From contig OX597814.1 in NCBI GenBank assembly GCA_951406725.2, positions 212,660,001 to 212,724,000 on the forward strand: a DNA stretch of 64,000 nt, written 5' to 3'. Shown one piece after another: positions 1 through 12,805 of this stretch; positions within the stretch are counted from its first letter, which is position 1, and each line of letters starts with the position of its first letter. A program made the translations under genes and the position numbers. The notes beneath the pieces are model-generated. The model did no database searches and was not told where the DNA came from. It saw only the letters and a list, made by a program, of their open reading frames with translations. The DNA comes from Octopus vulgaris (lineage: Eukaryota).

Positions 1-706
1 CTAGAAAGAGCAGCCAGAACTCAAAACCGCTAAGTAGTAGTAATTCAGAAATTAGGTGAAAATTTTAAAACGTTTACCCTAATTCATCTTTATACGATGC
101 ATCGTTTCGGTGTTTTTAAAAACGGTAAACGTTTTTAAATTTTCACCTAATTTCTGAATTACTACTACTTAGCGGTTTGAGTTCTGGCTGCTCTTTCTAG
201 TGGACGAATGGCCTATTAAGGCCATTCCTAAATTGTTTAATTTTATATATTTAGTCTTTGACTATTTTCTCTTTCCCACTAGACTGCTGGTAGCGATAAA
301 TTTCTATTGAATTTTTTGCTACCCTAAATTGATTAATTGATAATTTTCTGACTAATTCTGAGATTGAATCGGCAGTTTATATTTACTGCTGATAAGTTGG
401 CGCGAATACGATGGTCTTAAAAATTTTAAGACAGATATTCCGAAGGCATTGATACAGACGCCTCGTGTATATCCGTCTCTCCCGGTTTCTTTACTGATGA
501 AGTGTAACCCATGGTAGATTGACTTAATTTAATTTAATTAAGCTAGTTTACCATTAAAAACACCGAAACGATGCATCGTATAAAGTTGAATTAGGGTAAA
601 CGTTTTTAAATTTTCACCTAATTTCTGAATTACTACTACTTAGCGGTTTGAGTTCTGGCTGCTCTTTCTAGTGGACGAATGGCCTATTAAGGCCATTCCT
701 AAATTG

Positions 707-713
<7 letters not shown>
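1..713 (+). mobile_element. Non-coding Penelope-like pseudo-LTR / retrozyme-like unit with partial tandem copy and inverted 5' piece
   Basis: 125-242 is directly repeated at 596-713 (period about 471 bp); 1-118 is the near-exact reverse complement of about 553-671; contains a hammerhead motif; ends in (TA)n. Confidence 0.75.
489..585 (+). ncRNA. Type I hammerhead ribozyme motif
   Basis: cttta-CTGATGA(494-500)-extended stem II (atggtaga...tttaccat)-GAAA(565-568)-cgatgcatcg-TA-taaag; palindromic stem III ACGATGCATCGT; predicted cleavage after GUA at 580. Confidence 0.85.
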
Positions 714-763
<50 letters not shown>

Positions 764-971
764 ATAAATATTAGGGAATAAATCCAAACTTACAGGGAAA
801 AATCAGATTTAGGATTGAATCCAATTTTATAGTAAAATATTATATTAAATTAGAGACAAAACCACTATTAGGCAAATCATACAATGAAAAACTTAAGCCA
901 ATACATAAGATTATTTAATCTATATTATTTAAATATATAACAAAATTATTAAAAAAATATAATTAATATAT

Positions 972-1035
972 CACTACGATCGTTTCATGGCTGCTAACTT
1001 CTTTAAATTTTCGAGTCACAGTCATTCATCAGGTG
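972..1035 (-). ncRNA. Type I hammerhead ribozyme motif (inverted copy)
   Basis: Reverse complement of 1203-1266. Confidence 0.8.
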
Positions 1036-1202
1036 GTTTAAATATTTATCTTGGCGAGGTGACGTGATTTGTAGATCTGACTTTACAAATATGTGTATAC
1101 ACACACATTCACAGATCCACAAATCACGTCACCACCGTTACACACAAGCGATCTCTCACCTTGAAGAAATTGTTTAAACCTCGCCAAGATAAATATTTAA
1201 AC

Positions 1203-1266
1203 CACCTGATGAATGACTGTGACTCGAAAATTTAAAGAAGTTAGCAGCCATGAAACGATCGTAGTG
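1203..1266 (+). ncRNA. Type I hammerhead ribozyme motif
   Basis: cac-CTGATGA(1206-1212)-atgactg...cagccat-GAAA-cgatcg-TA-gtg; palindromic stem III ACGATCGT; predicted cleavage after 1263. Confidence 0.8.
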
Positions 1267-1420
1267 ATATATTAATTATATTTTTTAAATAATTTTGTTA
1301 TATATTTAAATAATATAAATTAAATAATCTTATGTATTGGCTTAAGTTTTTCATTGTATGATTTGCCTAATAGTGGTTTTGTCTCTAATTTAATATAATA
1401 TATATATATATATATATATA

Positions 1421-1836
1421 TGCTATCTGACATAAACCCACCGATCCGTTAACTGAATGACAGACCCCATAGATAGGGAATTTTGTAAGAAAATTTTCAT
1501 GCCGGAGACAGTCGAAATCGTTGGTAATGTGGAGGATAACATTTTTCACTAGATTTCTTCAAGGTGAGAGGTCACATGTGTGTAACGCTGGTGACGTGAT
1601 TTGTAGATTTGACTTTACAAATATGTGTATACACACACATTCACAGATCCACAAATCACGTCACCACCGTTACACACAAGTGATCTCTCATCTTGAAGAA
1701 ATTTAGTGAAAGACGTTATCCTCCACATTACCAACGATTTCGAATGTCTCTGGCATGAGAATTTTCTTACAGAATTCCTTCTACGTGCTCTAACTGTTAT
1801 TCAGTTAGAGGACCAATGGTTTTATGTCAGATAGCA
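1421..1836. mobile_element. Fold-back/MITE-like element with about 190-bp imperfect inverted arms
   Basis: tgctatctgacataaacc... pairs with ...ggttttatgtcagatagca; arms match along their length around a short CA-containing spacer. Confidence 0.8.
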
Positions 1837-2149
1837 CAACTACTTGTTAACTGGGATTTTTCTACTTTTCGAGTTCTGGCATTCCCAGTGCTCGTTTTGT
1901 TCCTCAACATCATTTTCCTATCAATAACATCCTACAACATCCATTCTTTCTCCCATTAACTAGCATACATTCCTTATAAATAAAACCTAGCTCCCATATG
2001 CTACAATATACTAATTCTATCAACAGAGACTGTAAAGGTATGCTCCATTGAACATATTCCAGTTCTCTTTCTCTATCGCTCTCTCTCTTTCTCACTCCAC
2101 ACGAAGAAATCACAAACACTTCTTATATGGACAAAATCTTATTGCACCA

Positions 2150-2400
2150 CACGTCATTAATTATGGGCAGCACTCACCTACAACGCTCAGAATCACTCCA
2201 GTTGTTGGCTCTTAGTATCACCGCGGGTCTCTCCTACTAAAGGCACATATTCCGCATAGCAAAGACGGTATCACAACGCCTAGATCTTCTCTTCAGGATC
2301 AGAAGATTGTTAAGCCTCCAACTGTTATTGATATTATGCTAACCTCAGACGAACCCAATGTAAATTATAACACTCATCGGTGATACGATGCTACTGTTGC
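2150..2400 (+). mobile_element. Decayed LINE reverse transcriptase C-terminal fragment (CR1/Jockey-like)
   Basis: Reads LQLLALSITAGLSY*RHIFRIAKTVSQRLDLLFRIRR, resembling the LG..I...L.W..HI thumb region. Confidence 0.45.
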
Positions 2401-3548
2401 TATTGCTAATGTTGTTGCTGTTACTAGTGCTGCTGCCACTGCTTCTGCTACTGCTGCTTTCAGAGACATCCAACACAAGAGCCAGAAAATGATCTCGCAA
2501 TTCATTGTCAAAAATTAGTCAGACACTTTCTTAGGCCGGTGAAATTGATGCCATTAATGTTATGCTGGTACCTCCAAAAGACAGTACCTGAAGGCAAGAT
2601 AGGATCAATTGGAAGATTTTAGAGGCTTAACGTTCCGAGAAAAAAAAAACGGTTAAGGGTATCAGAAGTACGAATTCGAATGTGTACTTAGCATAAGAAT
2701 GACAGGTCAGTTGTATGGCAACGCTTGAGCGAGGTATCATGATGCCAGCCACCTCCGAGGAGTATTGATAATTAGAGTATTGGCGAGGAAGGCAGAGAGA
2801 AGGAGGAGAATCAAACATATACACACACCCCTACATACACACAGAGTGGGATTAACATATGGAAGGCTGTATCATATATATCAAGGTATTTTATCCGATG
2901 TTGTAAACGTCATTTTAATCCACATATACATGTGTGTGTGTATATATATATATATGTGTGTGTGTCTTGTAAATATCTATTTACAAATGCACACTCACAC
3001 ATATACACACATGTGGGTGTGCAGGTATACATAATACATCATACAGTTATGCTTTTTGCTGTTCTCCACAAGTCAGTAGCATAAGAACTCACTCAGATTC
3101 AATTCAATTAAATTCACTGAAAATTTTTTAAGTTTCTTTTTTTTTTTCTCTCCTGTTTGAAAGTCTTTTGAAGTTAGAAGAAAAATTAATATCACTTGTA
3201 AGTACTTAATATTTTATCTACAAAATTTTTCATTTTGGAACGCTAAACAAGTACACATCTCATTTCTCCAGCATACGTACGCTCGCTCTTACATACACGC
3301 GCGAGTGCGTACGCTCACACACGCACACTATACACACGGTGAAGGAATTTTCCAAGATTCTCAGTGCAAATGACTGACAATTGTTCCCATATATTCTCAT
3401 AAAAACAATAAGTTGAAGATCATATTAAGCAGCGCGTATTTTGATGTTGACTTACAAACATTCTTTTTTTTTCTTTTACTTTTTACAAGGAAATCCTTAA
3501 GACAATTCTCAGCATAGTATTGCTTTTGTCTAACTTAATAGTGAAAAT

Positions 3549-3990
3549 AATAATTATGGTTTCAAATTTTGGCACAAAACCAGCAATTTCGAGTCATGGA
3601 GTAAGTCGATTATATTGAACCCCAGTCTTCAACTGCTACTTATTTTATAGACTCCGAAAGAATGGAAAAGTCGACCCTAGCGGAATTCAGACGAAATGAC
3701 GGAACGCATTTTCACCAGCTAACGATTGTGCCAGATCATGGTCTTCATAATAATAATCCTTTCAGCTATAAGTACAAGGCCTGAAGTTTGGTGAAGGATT
3801 AAGTCGATTACATCAACCTCAGTAGTCAATTGATACTTAATTTATCGACACCGAAATGATGAAAGGCAAAGTCGACCCAGGTGGAATTTAAGCTCAAAAA
3901 CGTCAAGACAGAAGAAATGGTCGACTTTGAATGGCAAAGTCGACCTCACCGGTATTTGAACTCAGAACGGAGCGACAAGAGAAATGTCGC
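3549..3990 (-). mobile_element. Cluster of older SINE family A copies
   Basis: Repeated aagtcgattacatc...gatgaaaggcaaagtcgacc...atttgaactcag blocks homologous to 19978-20206. Confidence 0.8.
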
Positions 3991-4029
3991 TAATTTTCAT
4001 GAGTCAAGTGAATTCCATCAGGAATCAAA

Positions 4030-4560
4030 ACAGAAATTTTTTTATACAGTAGGTGCGACATGTAAAGATTCCCGTTTGCCGTACACGGCAGAATATACGA
4101 AACACAACTTGATTTATATTAGTTGTAAAACATAGCAATTAAACAAAAGATTCAGTGGGCACAGTCTTTGCGTCAGGCGCAATAACAGTAGTTCGACAGA
4201 ACTTGCCGAACATTTTGTTTTAAACGGCTGCAATTTTGAAAAATTCTTGCAAGTGCACATTCTCAGAAAATATTCTGAATCTGCTTCACGTTCACTTTTT
4301 AAAATGCATGAGAAGAAAAATGTTTGCAGGTTATTAACATCAGGCCCTGGAGGAATGAAGAAAATGACAGGAGAATAGCATCAAATTTATACAAAACTGT
4401 TTGATCAAATATTCTTTTTCCTTTTCTTTTTTCTTTCCTCTTTTTCTATATTTTTTCCTGTCTTTTCCTTTTTTGCCTTTTATAAAATTGAAACTTAAAA
4501 CATAATGATGCCATTCCATCAGCGTATGGATGATGGTTGCTCACGTTTATACTTTCAATT
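4030..4560 (+). mobile_element. Decayed Penelope-like GIY-YIG endonuclease 3' end
   Basis: Translated fragments NLIYISCKT, KRFSGH, TELAEHF, LQVHIL, CRLLTSGPGGM resemble the PLE endonuclease C-terminus; followed by a pyrimidine-rich 3' region. Confidence 0.6.
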
Positions 4561-5249
4561 TTAAGTTCTATAATTTTGAATTTTTATCACTTCTTATTTT
4601 GAATTCGACAAAGACAGGCTTGCTGTCGAAATATTGTTCAACCAATAAAATATATATTGCAATCGCATCGAGCTCTTCGTCTTATCTAATAATAATAATA
4701 AATAATAATACTAATAATAATAAAGAATTTCTCTTGTTTTTAATAGCCTCATTCATTCAAACCCATCTATTCTCTAAACTGATTCTTTGTTTATTTTGCC
4801 CCTAAATTGACTAACCTTATTTCTTGGCTACATGTATAACAATTTTTCGTATTTCCCTCTAATATAATTCTTTTATGCATGCTCTGCTCCCTAAAATGAC
4901 TCTCTCTGGTCAGTGGTTGCGCCCACTCTTTCTTACCCCACCACCAATACCGGAAATCTCGTTTCTCCTACTGTACATCCAGTTGCCATTCCTCTCTCTC
5001 CTCTGATATTGGTAATCTCGCCGCCCTTTCCTTTCTCCCCAACACCCCATCTCCGGACTAACTAAACCCAGATAGCAGCCAACTTACCCTTTCTCTCTTT
5101 TTTTAACATTTATATCTGCAGCATCAGTAATTCTCACATCCACAACGCTCATAACGTTTATATTTACAACGCCCCATGCACTTTCATATACAATGCATCC
5201 TTATTTCCCCACCTCAGTAGAGGCAACAACCTTAACAATTCTAATATGT

Positions 5250-8200
5250 TTGAATGAAGGTAGGTTAAAAGCAAGAACAACTATTATGCCGTCTGTTACC
5301 AAACAATCACGGGAACCTTCTTTTCAGGAGCTGAATAACATCTTCCGTTCCTGTGTTACCTCCCATATCTCTTTCCCAGGTTTCAGAGTTGGCACTGTAA
5401 ATATAAGCACATTGAAATGTAGGGCTAGCGAGATTGTAGAGATGCTTGAACGGAGACGTGTTGATGTATGTTGCATACAAGAGTTAAGGTGAAATGGAAC
5501 TATGAGTGCTGCCCATAATTAATGACAAGATGCTTGAACGGAGACGTGTTGATGTATGTTGCATACAAGAGTTAAGGTGAAATGGAACTTCAGTCAACGT
5601 CCTCACAAGCAGAGCAATAAGTATAAACTCTTCTGGAAAGGTAATAGTGATGGAATAGGTGTGGGCATACTTCTTGCAGAGAAATAGGTGGATAAAGTCA
5701 TAGTGGTAATGAAGGTGTCCGATAGAGTACTTAAACTGAGACTAGTCTTGCAGAATTTTATAGCTACAAGTATCTTTGCCTACGCCCTACAAGCGGGACT
5801 ACCAAATGAACAGAAGGATCACTTTATGATATTCTTCTAGCGGCTACCTAAAAGAAGAGTGACAATGATCTCATCCTTGTGGCTGGAGATTTTAATGGGC
5901 ATGTCGGACAGTAACTTGGTATCTTCCATGGTGTACATGGGGCCATAGAGTCGGTAGCAGAAATAAAGAGGGAACTAAGCTCCTGGAGTTCTACGATGCA
6001 AATAATCTATTGATCTGCAACACCAACTTTAGGAAGCCAGCCACATGATAACTCTGCTAGCCAGATTGATTTTCTTCCCACCAGATAGCGGGATGCATGG
6101 TTGCTCTTTAATATAAAGACCCGCCTTGGTGAAGAATGTATCCGCCAGCATTGATTAGTTATTAGTGACTTTAGATACGAAGCCAGTCGAATGCCAAAAA
6201 CCAGATCAATCTGGAAAAGAATGACTTGGAAGCTTATGAACCCTTCAGATGGTCAGAGATTTAGGGATATCCTTACCGAGAAATTTGATGATAGGGAAGA
6301 CGAGCTAGAGTCCTGTGGCATAGAAGGCGGCTGGAAATTCCTGAGACAGCTTGCTGAGCATCACAGACAAAATCTGTGGCTGGTGCAAAGTCCCTTACAA
6401 AGCTAGGGTAACGGTGGAATAATACTGTTGACAGTGTCATTAGAGCAAAGAGACAGACTTGAAAGGCCTGGAAGAGTGAGAGCAGCAGGAGACTGTATCA
6501 GATAGCCTAAAGAGAATCCAGGAGACAGATATAAATAGCCAAGGAAGTAGCAGAAAAGAAAAAAAGTTTACCAGTGTTCAGCGACGTGAGGACCAAAGAC
6601 AGTATTTCGGATTGCAAGACAGTGTGTGAGGGAAAACCGTGATGTAATAGGAGAGAAATGTGTCCGCATAAATGACGGTGACCTTGCGTTTAATGATTAA
6701 AATATCGGGTGTTGTGGGTTATGGTATTGTCACCCGCATCCTAAATCAGGTAGTTCATGAAGGAGTCATATACAATGACAGGTGTAGCAGCAACATAGTC
6801 AACTGCCACAAGGGTGAAGGTTATGCTTTAGGTAGAAATAACTACAGGGGCATCAAATTATTATTGAATCAGGTGAAGAATATTACAGAGATGGTCATAG
6901 CCCAACTAATTGGGGAGAGAATTAGCCTAGATGAGATGCAGTTTGGTTTTGTGCCGGGCAAAAGCACCACTGATGCTATATTTCTGGTAAGGCTACTGCA
7001 GAAGAAATATCTAGCCAAAAGTAAACCTCTGTACTTGGCTTTTGTTGACAAGGCGAAAGTCTTTGACAGGGTCTTCCCCGATCCCTTATCTGGTGGTCAG
7101 TCCGGAAACTGAGGATAGACGAGCGGGTGGTAAACACTGTACAAGCTCTGTACGAGGATACTGTGAGGACGGTGAGTGTTGACAACGAGTATAGTGAGGA
7201 ATTCCGGGTAGAAGTAGGTGATCACCAAGGATCAGTCCTCAGCCCCCTCTTATTCATCATAGTCCACCGGGCGATAACAGAGGAATTCAAGACAGGCTGC
7301 CCCTGGCAGCTCCTCTATGCTGATTACCTTGCTCTAATAGCTGAGTCACTGCCAGAACTAGAGACCAAGTTTAGGGTGTGGTAGCAAGGTCTAGAATCGA
7401 AGGGCCTTAGGGTTAACCTAGCAAAAACCAAAGTTTTTGTAATTAGGAAGACTGACAAATCACAAGCCCTTTCAGGCAGATGGCCCTATGCTCCATACGA
7501 TGTACCTTGTGTAAGTTATAGACACATAAAAGGTGCAGCAATGTCAAAGGAAGTTTAACCGAGAACATAGTTTTATGTGTGGCATATGCATATGGGCATT
7601 AAACAATGAAGATGGGGTGGTTGCTCTGAGAGTGTAGCGGCTAGAATAAGAATAACCTGGGCAAATTTCAGGGAGCTCCTACCTCTGCTGGCAATTAAGG
7701 GCCTCTCGCACAGGATGAAAAGTACACTGTATGATGCATGTGTTAGAACTGCCATGCTACACAGCAGTGAAACATGGACCATGACTGCTGAGGACGTGCG
7801 TAGGGTTGAAATGAATGAAGCTAGTATGATCCGCTGGATGTGTAATGTCAGTGTGCATACACCAGAGTGTAAGTGCCCTGAGAGAAAAGTTGAACATAAT
7901 AAACATTAAATGTGGTGTGAAAGAGAGACGACTGCGCTGGTATGGTCATGTGTTACATATGGATGAGGACAGCTGCGTGAAGAAGTGCCACACCCTAACT
8001 GTGGAAGGTACCTGTGGAAGAGGGAGACCCAGCAAGAAATGGAATGAGGTGGTGAAGCATGACCTTCGAACATTAGCCCTCACAGAGGCAAAGACAGGAG
8101 ACCGAGACCTTCGGAGATATACTGTGATTGAGAAGACCCTGCAAATAAAGTGGGATCACAGCCATGGCCGATGCCAGTGCTGCATCTCCGGCCCATTTAA

Positions 8201-8651
8201 GAGTGATATATGCTTGAGAAGATCTGTTGAGTCAAGTAAGACCAAAATCGTAGCCCCCTGACTGGCTCCTGTTCCAGCGGCACTTAAAATGCATCATCCG
8301 AATGTTTGATGTCATTGTCTCCTGACTGTCTCTCCAGCCGGTGGCACGTAAAAAGCACTATCTGAGCGTGGCCGATGCTAGTACCCCATGACTGACTCTA
8401 ATGCTGGTGGCACGTAAAAAGCACTATCCGAACGTGATGCATGCCAAGCCCACCTGACTGTCTCCTGTGCCGGTATCACGTAAACAACACCTACTACACT
8501 CTCGGGGTGGTTGGCGCTAGGAAAGGCATCCAGCTGTAGAAACTTCGCTAGATCAGATTGGAGCCTGGTGTAGCCGCTGTCTCTCCAGTCCTCAGTCAAC
8601 CCGTCCAACCCATGCCAGCGTGGAAAGCGGACGTTAAATGATGATGATGAT
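5250..8651 (+). mobile_element. RTE-clade LINE, near full length, disabled (APE endonuclease plus RT)
   Basis: RVGTVNISTL..DVCCIQE, AGDFNGHVG, NYRGIKLL, QFGFVPGKSTTDAIF, QGSVLSPLLF, LLYAD, RRLRWYGHV, GRGRP..W; repeated 3' UTR units; (TGA)n tail; many stops and frameshifts. Confidence 0.95.
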
Positions 8652-8880
8652 ATATATATATATATATATACCATATATATCTGTGAGAGAGAGAAGTGAA
8701 AAGGAGAGAGTGATCTACAATTGTAAACGACAGATAAGATGATTCTGTGGAGATAAGTTGACATGCCTTGAAGAGAAACAAATATCTATTAGCAGTGCTT
8801 ATAAAAATTTCAAGATGAATGAGTACGCTGTAAATTTCTTCTGATTTGCACTATTAAAAATGTACTTACAGACCAATACG

Positions 8881-8943
<63 letters not shown>

Positions 8944-9518
8944 ACTCACAAATGTTTATTTTTACATCTATTTATCAATGATTAACTCTCTTACGGACAC
9001 ACGCGATTATATATTAAGTTAAATTATCTAACTCAGCAATAACTATTGCTCATTTAGTGTATAATACTCTTCTCTCTACTAAACATACCGAATGACATTT
9101 TGAAACACCACTAAGTGGGAAATGAGGTTAACGCTATAATAAACGCTTGGCGCACTTATCATAACCACGGGGAAATAGCCAGTACTTGCAGTAAAATCGC
9201 TGAAAATTTAGCTTCATAGTCTTTTTAGGGAATATATAAGCAAATTAGGAATAAAATCAAAAAAACACGGGAACGTCTATATTGTGCATACGTACATGAA
9301 AAGACTAGAAGTTGTATAGGTCAATTGATGTAGATCAACACCTGATCAGCAACAGGTCAGTGGGCATCACAACAATCCGTGAGTCAGCAGCATTACAACG
9401 CCTGCCTGGGTTTCACCATCTGACCTCATTTCACCCAACCCTACCCTATTAAATAGGAATTCACTACAAGAGGGTACTACCATTACGACAGCATAGAATT
9501 CGCTTCAACCACAGATCT

Positions 9519-9575
<57 letters not shown>

Positions 9576-9650
9576 ATACTACTACTACTAACTCTGATTT
9601 CTCCTCACCCCGAGCGGATAAATCTTTCGCCTTTTACCACTATATTAGTG

Positions 9651-9845
9651 ATAATGATTTCAGAGTTTGGTACCAGGTCAGCAAGTTCGAGAAAGTGGGT
9701 AAGTCGATTACTCAGACCCACGTGTTCAAGTAGTACTCATTTTATCAACCGTGGAGGATGAAAAGCAATGTCAGCTTCGACAGAACTTGAATACAGAACG
9801 TAACGGTAAAATGCCGCTGACAGCGTGCTCACGATTCTGCCACCT
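9651..9845 (-). mobile_element. Diverged SINE family A copy
   Basis: taagtcgatta...ggatgaaaagcaatgtc...acgattctgcca. Confidence 0.7.
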
Positions 9846-11036
9846 TTAGTAACATTGACCAACGATTCTCGTTCTGCCATATATGCCAGTATAGATAAAC
9901 CGGCGGAATTCTTAATTTCAGCATCCTATATAAACACCTTGCATTTTTTTTTATTTAAAATTCTTTTTTAAGGAATTACCTGGACCATATGAAAACCGAT
10001 CTAAGCCTGGAGATTCAACTGGCTGACAACAGCCGTATATCCAAAAGTCAAGGAATACTCACCAGGAAATAGAACAACACTTCTCACTTACAGCTCCGTA
10101 CAAAAACCACCCCTAATATTGCCACTAAACAAGGCCCTTATTACTATACAAACAACGACTAATCTCTGCTACGACATTCCTTCAAAGTGGAATCAACCCA
10201 TCACTGAATTCCCAAAAATGGAAGATTCCATAGATAGAGAGTTGGCATGCTGGTATGACACACTGAATCCCTCTAATAATCCTAACGGAAACCCAGCAGA
10301 ACGAGTCTCACATAGATATCTAACCCACTTCGCAACAATTAACGGTCCACTGATAGACGATCATAGCTCTGCAAAAGCTTTATTGTTCTATCTTTGGTGA
10401 ACCCACTGATATTGACGCAAAGGCTCTGAACGGAATCAATCCCCAACCTCTTGTTTCTGACATAACTTACTGCCCCAGGCATCATAGCGGCAATTAAAGA
10501 AATCAAGTATTATTCTGAAGTAGGCCCTAAGAGATTCTCCGCTAAATTCCTGAAGCAGGCAACTTGCAAACCCTCTAACAAATCTCTGGAGAAAATTCTT
10601 TAGTCTCGTGATATATATCGAAACAGTTCCTGTTCCAAACGATCATCCCGATCTTCAAAAAGGGAAACATGTCTGTTGTAGTTAACTATCGCACAGCCTC
10701 ACTCACTTTCTATACCATCAAAGTGTTTAAAAAGGTAGTGAGACTAAATATAACAGGCTTTCTGGAGATTCACAATCTTCTAGATTTCCATCAGCATGGC
10801 TTTCGCTGCGTCAGGAACTGCCTAACACAGCTTTTATATTACATCGATGATGTCTCGATGTCCTTAAAGCTTTGAGATCAGGTCGTAACTTTGATGTCAT
10901 ATATATCGACTTCAGCAAAGCGTTCGAAAGAATTGACAACAATACACTCCTAATAAAACAGTCCAGTATTGGAATTTGTGCTAAATTGTTGCTAGCGAGA
11001 AGGACCAGGTCCTTAACCGCTGGGTAAGTTCACTGT

Positions 11037-11314
11037 ATGGAATGTTCACTGATTGCACGTTTAGATCTTTATTACTTTGACTTTTCTTTCAGTAAAATAG
11101 TTTCTAACTATTAATGGTGAGATATTATGGATACATTGGATACATTTTCTCGGTAAACTTTTCTTGCGGTGAAATTTCCACACGGTGAACTTTCTTCACG
11201 GTGAATTGACAGCGGTGAACTCTCCTGCGATGAATTGATGGCGGGGAACTCTCCCGTGATGAATTGATAGCAATTAACTCTCTTACGATGAACTGATGGC
11301 GGTGAACATACCAT
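11037..11314. mobile_element. Small non-autonomous DNA element with 14-16-nt subterminal tandem repeats, inserted in the CR1 RT
   Basis: Ends atggaatgttcact / ggtgaacataccat are inverted; about 11 ggtgaa-type units at 11151-11314; RT homology resumes afterwards. Confidence 0.55.
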
Positions 11315-12176
11315 TAATTGAGCAGAACATATGTAGTTACGATCGGTTGAATGCCATCAAGCCCAGCAAACGTTACCAATTGTGTCCTCCTGGTTATTGC
11401 TTTGGGCTCGCTTCTCTTTATAGTCTATATGAACGGCATCTAAAGTGCCATCAAACACACAGCAAAATAAAAATATTTGTAGATGACTCCAAGCTTCAGA
11501 AAATTATCATTGGAGATGAAAACCCAACTGGACTCCAGTCTGATTTGCATGCTGTAAACCAATAGTCTGACAAACTCATGCGATTAAAAGAGCGAAAATT
11601 TAAACACATGCCTTCTGTAAAAAAAGCAACATGTCATCATTCCCCTTTTCTCCTTTGTATAGTCACCCTAGAATATTGCTGATCTCTGAGGTCACCCTAC
11701 ACCAAGAAAAACATTATGAGAATTAAGTCACCCCAGAGAGTAATCACTAAAAAATGAAGAGCATCACTGATCTTGATTATACGGATTGCCTTAAAATTTA
11801 TTCCATCCAGAGATGCCGTGAGGGCTACATCATTTGTACCTATACCTGGATAGAAATCATTGAACAACACTCGGATTGAATGAAGCATGACATTACCAAA
11901 CTTGTCTTTAAAATGACTTAACAGATTTTTGCAATTGGTGCTATTGAGTTACACATGGCCTAGGCCAAAGAGTGGTCGAAATAAAATTGTGTGTATGTGT
12001 GCGCGCGCATGTGTGAGTATGTGTGTGTACCGAAAGCTCTCACACACTAGGAAAAAATGCCTTCCCAAAAGACGTTAGTAACATCTTAAAGAATATATAA
12101 TATTTTTGTAATCTTATCTTTAAAATCTCCTTTACACTCGAAAACTGTACTAAGTAATTCTCAGAGACTTTGAAAT

Positions 12177-12320
<144 letters not shown>

Positions 12321-12805
12321 ATTCTGGCAACTGAATCTATTTACTAACACCACCACCACTGACGTCATCACTGCCAACTTTATCATCTGCTGTTGCCTTC
12401 GCTACTGCTTCTACCATTATCTTCACCAGCATGAATGAATGGTTACCACATCAGTCCAACAACGTTTCTGCTACATTGCACCCATCTCCCAATCTACCTA
12501 CTCCCACAACACCTTTTTTTCAAAATTAAAAAGAAAATCAATCGAATCTAGAAAATCCATTAACACAGAATTGCTCTACACTCCACAAACACACAAATAA
12601 AATAGACTCTCAAAATCTATTGCTACTTCCTACGCGAGAGAGCATGCTTACAACGTGATTGTTCTTTCTCCCATCCCCCCTCCGTAATAGACGCACACTC
12701 AAGAAACATATAGCAAACCGAAAATCAATACCAAAGTACCAGCAAAATTGATGATGATAAGTATCACCCAATGTATATAATCCTACCAAATCTACTCTAC
12801 ATCCA

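Larger units (their letters stand above)
760..1401. mobile_element. Inverted pair of Penelope-like pseudo-LTRs between (TA)n tracts
   Basis: 837-1060 and 1178-1401 are near-identical inverted arms (about 224 bp), each carrying a hammerhead motif. Confidence 0.75.
9100..11900 (+). mobile_element. Decayed CR1-group LINE (5' region plus RT), interrupted by a SINE and a small TIR element
   Basis: PIFKKG..NYR, HQHGFR..RNCLTQLL, DVIYIDFSKAF, FVDDSKL, LQSDL; 9200-9470 is homologous to the reverse complement of 43640-43900. Confidence 0.8.

Noticed and set aside
4495-4550. Possible hammerhead remnant after the GIY-YIG relic
   Set aside because: A hairpin is present but both core boxes are too degenerate to call.
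11151-11314. CRISPR-like repeat array
   Set aside because: Units are short and adjacent with no unique spacers; eukaryotic context and no cas genes.
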